DNA from: Gemmatimonadota bacterium
GTDB taxonomy: Bacteria; Gemmatimonadota; Gemmatimonadetes; Longimicrobiales; Gaopeijiaceae
Assembly (NCBI GenBank): GCA_040905545.1
Contig: JBBDRI010000032.1
Coordinates: 89,230-121,229, forward strand
Length of the DNA stretch: 32,000 nucleotides
Reading direction: 5' to 3'
Shown here: piece after piece, positions 29,542 through 32,000 of the stretch
How positions within the stretch are numbered: the first letter of the stretch is position 1
How the letters are laid out: each line of letters opens with the position of its first letter
Notes under the pieces: generated by a model
Database searches by the model: none
What the model saw: only the letters and a program-made list of their open reading frames with translations
Told to the model about the DNA's origin: nothing
Translations under genes and position numbers: made by a program

Positions 29542-31379
29542 GACCTGCGAGCGGGAGACATTTGTTGCGAATCAATACTAAGGGCGCCCTTGCGCTCTTC
29601 CTGCCAGTGGCCATTGCCGCGTGCCACATCGTTGGGCAGTCCGTGAGCGACGGCGAGGACCTCGCCGCCGTGGGCAGCCTTGCCCTCAAGCACGCATCCG
29701 TCGTCTCGTTGACGGGGGACTCCGTACTCCGAGACTGGACGCTCGTTCTTGCGGACGGCGAGATTGTCGCGCTCGGGCCGACGGGTTCGGTCCCGATACC
29801 TAGAGGAGCTCAGGTCCGCGACTTGGACGGACGCTACGTCGTTCCAGGCCTAATCGATGCGCATGTTCATCTGAGGGAACCTGCACTGAGCCTGGCGTTG
29901 TTTCCTTCGTACGGTGTCACAACAGTGGTGAACCTTCAGGGTGAAGCGTCACACCTCGCCCTGCGGGATTCGATCCTCGCGCACGGGATCTTCGCCCCCC
30001 GCATCCTGTCTTCTGGCCCATTCATCGACCGGGTTGTGAAGTCGCCTGCGGAGGCGAGGCAGGAGGTCCGGCGCCAGCACGGCGCGGGCTTCGATCTGAT
30101 CAAGATCCATGGAGTGATGGAGGAGCGCACGTTCGCGGCCACCATCGAGGAAGCACGCCGATTGGGCCTGCCGGTAATCGGCCATCACCCGAGGAATCTC
30201 GAGACCGGCACGGTGCTCGAGGGGCTCGACGCACTCGCTCACGCCGAGGAGCTCCTCCGATCATCTCTTCTCGATCAGCCGCGTGGACTCGCATCGGACT
30301 CGGTGGACGTGTTAGCCCGCACCGTGGTCGAGTCCAACACCAGACTGATTACGACACTCGGGTTCTTTACGGGCATGCGGGATCAGGCGACCGACCATTT
30401 CTACCAGATGATCAGCCAGCCCGAGTTGGCCTATGTGTCGCCCGAGCGTCGCAGGGAGTGGCTCTACGACGGACACCGTGAGTACATCCCCCGCTCCGAG
30501 CTTCCCTGGTACGACACGGCCGTCGTCATCCTCCACAGGGTCACCGGTGCAATCCACAAGCGAGGCGGTGTGATCATCGCGGGTACGGACACTCCTCTCG
30601 AGTTTACGATCCCCGGAATATCACTTCATCGGGAGCTGCAGCATCTGGTCGCCGCCGGGCTCACGCCGCTCGAGGCGTTGCGCGCGGCAACCGTTTCATC
30701 AGCCGACCTGCTGGGAGCCCCGGCGCTGGGAAGAATAGAAGTCGGCGCGTCGGCGGACCTCCTCATCCTCAGCCAGGATCCCACCCATTCGTTGGCCGCG
30801 CTTGACGAACTGGAGGCGGTGATCTTGCGAGGAATGTGGATTCCGAGGACTGAGCTGGAGCGGAGACTCAATCACGTCGCAGCGGCCTATGCGCGGGAGG
30901 ATGTCGCGTGGGCTGCTGGTCAACGGATCCAGGATGCCGTCATGGATCTGCTTCATAGCGAGGGGATACCGGCAGCGTTTTCCGAGATTCAGCGTATATC
31001 CGAGATTCCGGGCGTCCCCCCGATGACCGAACGTGACCTTAACACGATCGGCTATCGGCTACTCGCCAATTCGGCGATCAACAGGGCGATCGAAGTGTTC
31101 CAGCTCAATGCACGGCTCCACCCAGGTTCCGCGAACGTGTACGACAGCCTCGGTGAAGCGTTGCTAACGGCGGATCGCCTCGACGAAGCGGAGACGAACT
31201 ATCGTCGTGCCTTGGAACTCGACTCTACCATGGATTCGGCCCGACGCGGTTTGCGAACGATCGCGGAAAGACGTTGTGACGCAGAAGTTTGCCGGTGAGC
31301 GCAGGAGGTCGCGGTGGTCCTCTAACAGGCCGATGAACCTGCCGGTCGCCTTCGGCGCCCGCAGGTTATCGGCGAGGCG
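29536..31379 (+). mobile_element. Integron gene cassette 1 (1844 bp)
   Basis: It starts TTAGAG and ends with the G of the attC R' box. Circularising it would rebuild R' = G+TTAGAG, perfectly complementary (7/7) to its own R'' CTCTAAC (31320-26). It holds a single + strand ORF. Confidence 0.75.
29562..31298 (+). CDS. Secreted/lipoprotein amidohydrolase (COG1228-like metallo-hydrolase) with C-terminal TPR repeats
   Basis: Lipobox LPVAIAAC. Amidohydrolase metal-site motifs: PGLIDAHVHL, FDLIKIHG, VIGHHP, AHAEEL, IIAGTDTP. C-terminal TPR-like segment: ANVYDSLGEALLTADRLDEAETNYRRALELDS. TTG starts at 29562 and 29565, with GGGAG at 29553-57. Confidence 0.85.
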   Translation: MLRINTKGALALFLPVAIAACHIVGQSVSDGEDLAAVGSLALKHASVVSLTGDSVLRDWTLVLADGEIVALGPTGSVPIPRGAQVRDLDGRYVVPGLIDAHVHLREPALSLALFPSYGVTTVVNLQGEASHLALRDSILAHGIFAPRILSSGPFIDRVVKSPAEARQEVRRQHGAGFDLIKIHGVMEERTFAATIEEARRLGLPVIGHHPRNLETGTVLEGLDALAHAEELLRSSLLDQPRGLASDSVDVLARTVVESNTRLITTLGFFTGMRDQATDHFYQMISQPELAYVSPERRREWLYDGHREYIPRSELPWYDTAVVILHRVTGAIHKRGGVIIAGTDTPLEFTIPGISLHRELQHLVAAGLTPLEALRAATVSSADLLGAPALGRIEVGASADLLILSQDPTHSLAALDELEAVILRGMWIPRTELERRLNHVAAAYAREDVAWAAGQRIQDAVMDLLHSEGIPAAFSEIQRISEIPGVPPMTERDLNTIGYRLLANSAINRAIEVFQLNARLHPGSANVYDSLGEALLTADRLDEAETNYRRALELDSTMDSARRGLRTIAERRCDAEVCR

Positions 31380-31385
31380 TTAGAC
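31320..31385 (+). other. attC recombination site (66 bp)
   Basis: R'' is CTCTAAC (31320-26) and R' is GTTAGAC (31379-85, fits GTTRRRY). L'' GATGAAC (31332-38) pairs with L' GTTATC (31365-70). 31329-50 pairs with 31354-73 over 20 bp, with one mismatch (C31343/C31360), two bulged bases (G31335, T31346) and a 3-nt apical loop (ttc). It starts 21 nt after the cassette-1 stop. Confidence 0.8.
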
Positions 31386-32000
31386 AGCGCGAAATCTGCC
31401 GAATGGATATAGGAAGGGCTTTGGCCGAGTTGGCGCACTGGATTTCGAAGTAGTACATCATCCGCGCAAGCCGGAACTTTAGGCCCTGGCGGAGTTCTTG
31501 TCCCCCCTTTTCGGTAGGAGGCGGTGATGCTGCTACGCACGACGGTCGTCGTTCTCTTAGCGGCAATGTTCGGAGCCTGCGGTGCTGCACCCGCGGCGGA
31601 TGACCTCAGGGAGGAGCTACGCACTTCGTCCGATCAATACTGGGCGGCAGTGGCTCGCCAGGATGCCGAGGAGGTTACGAGTTGGTGGCTCGAGGACGCC
31701 GTGGTGCTCGGCTCGGGAATCCACCTCGTGGGGCGAGCCGCACTGCAAGAGATGCTTGAGGGACTCTACCCGGCTTTGACGGTCCACAACATGGAAGTCT
31801 TGGATCGAAGCATCGACGCTGCTGGGAACCTTGGTATCGAAAGGGCGCGGTACCGCGAGGTGATCAGTCTTGGTGGGGGGCCACAGCAGACTGTAGACGG
31901 GTCCTATCTCGCTCACTGGCGCCGCGACTCGGAAGGTCAGTGGAGAATCAAGGCAATGGTACTCGCTACTGCCGGTGCTGACTCGCTTCACTCGCAGTAA
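31380..32000 (+). mobile_element. Integron gene cassette 2 (5' boundary defined; 3' attC beyond the window)
   Basis: It begins TTAGAC at the attC crossover and contains one + strand ORF ending exactly at 32000. Its own attC is expected to have R'' = GTCTAAC and is not in the window. Confidence 0.6.
31527..32000 (+). CDS. SnoaL-like / DUF4440 (NTF2-fold) lipoprotein
   Basis: AGGAGG (31516-21) lies 5 nt before ATG 31527; GTG 31524 is the track start. Lipobox LLAAMFGAC. The size (~157 aa) and pattern (YWAAVARQDAEEVTSWWLEDAVVL...GSYLAHWRRDSEGQWRIKAMV) are typical of DUF4440/SnoaL_3 proteins. TAA stop at 31998-32000. Confidence 0.7.
   Translation: MLLRTTVVVLLAAMFGACGAAPAADDLREELRTSSDQYWAAVARQDAEEVTSWWLEDAVVLGSGIHLVGRAALQEMLEGLYPALTVHNMEVLDRSIDAAGNLGIERARYREVISLGGGPQQTVDGSYLAHWRRDSEGQWRIKAMVLATAGADSLHSQ

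Larger units (their letters stand above)
28259..32000 (+). mobile_element. Integron (intI, candidate attI, and at least 2 gene cassettes); the array continues past the window edge
   Basis: Based on the IntI-type recombinase, the G|TTAGAG crossover, the 66-bp attC, and co-oriented promoterless-looking ORFs with their own RBSs. See the individual features. Confidence 0.8.

Noticed and set aside
31320-31385. The reverse orientation of the attC, with cassettes read on the minus strand.
   Set aside because: That model requires an attC-like fold immediately left of 29541, and none exists. It would place both ORFs antisense to their cassettes. It also would not explain the 7/7 complementarity between GTTAGAG (29535-41) and CTCTAAC (31320-26).
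31381-31413. A cassette-borne promoter, TAGACA (31381-86) ... TATAGG (31408-13).
   Set aside because: The spacer is 21 nt, outside the 16-19 nt range, and the -10 is weak. Other candidates (TTGGCG/TAGTAC) match 3 of 6 at best.

Overview
High-GC (roughly 65%) bacterial chromosomal segment. Gene content looks Gemmatimonadota- or Bacteroidota-like, but that is inference only. Positions 1-28171 are densely packed, mostly housekeeping or envelope genes supported by clear family motifs: OmpA-like lipoprotein, GNAT, Amidohydro_2 hydrolase, AAA/DUF234 ATPase, type III glutamine synthetase, gamma-glutamyltransferase, MscS channel, amidase, DUF4399 protein, TonB-dependent receptor, cytochrome c plus PQQ dehydrogenase plus two membrane proteins, an outer-membrane barrel plus a Gly/Tyr-rich secreted protein, a HEAT-cyclophilin lipoprotein, MetY, a CoA-binding protein, and a large FG-GAP/choice-of-anchor-B protein. 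The standout is at the right end (28259-32000): an integron. It consists of an IntI-type tyrosine recombinase carrying the IntI-specific insertion, a candidate attI crossover (G|TTAGAG at 29535/29536), an 1844-bp cassette (secreted amidohydrolase-TPR lipoprotein), a well-formed 66-bp attC (31320-31385), and a second cassette (SnoaL/DUF4440-like lipoprotein) that runs to the window edge. intI is co-oriented with the cassettes and reads into them, the uncommon 'inverted' integron layout. Secondary items are a triple 17-18-bp-period direct repeat upstream of the barrel/Gly-Tyr-rich operon, palindromes upstream of intI, and an AT-rich divergent promoter region at glnN. I saw no rRNA, tRNA or CRISPR. 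Many long alternate-frame ORFs in the track are high-GC shadow ORFs and are not called.
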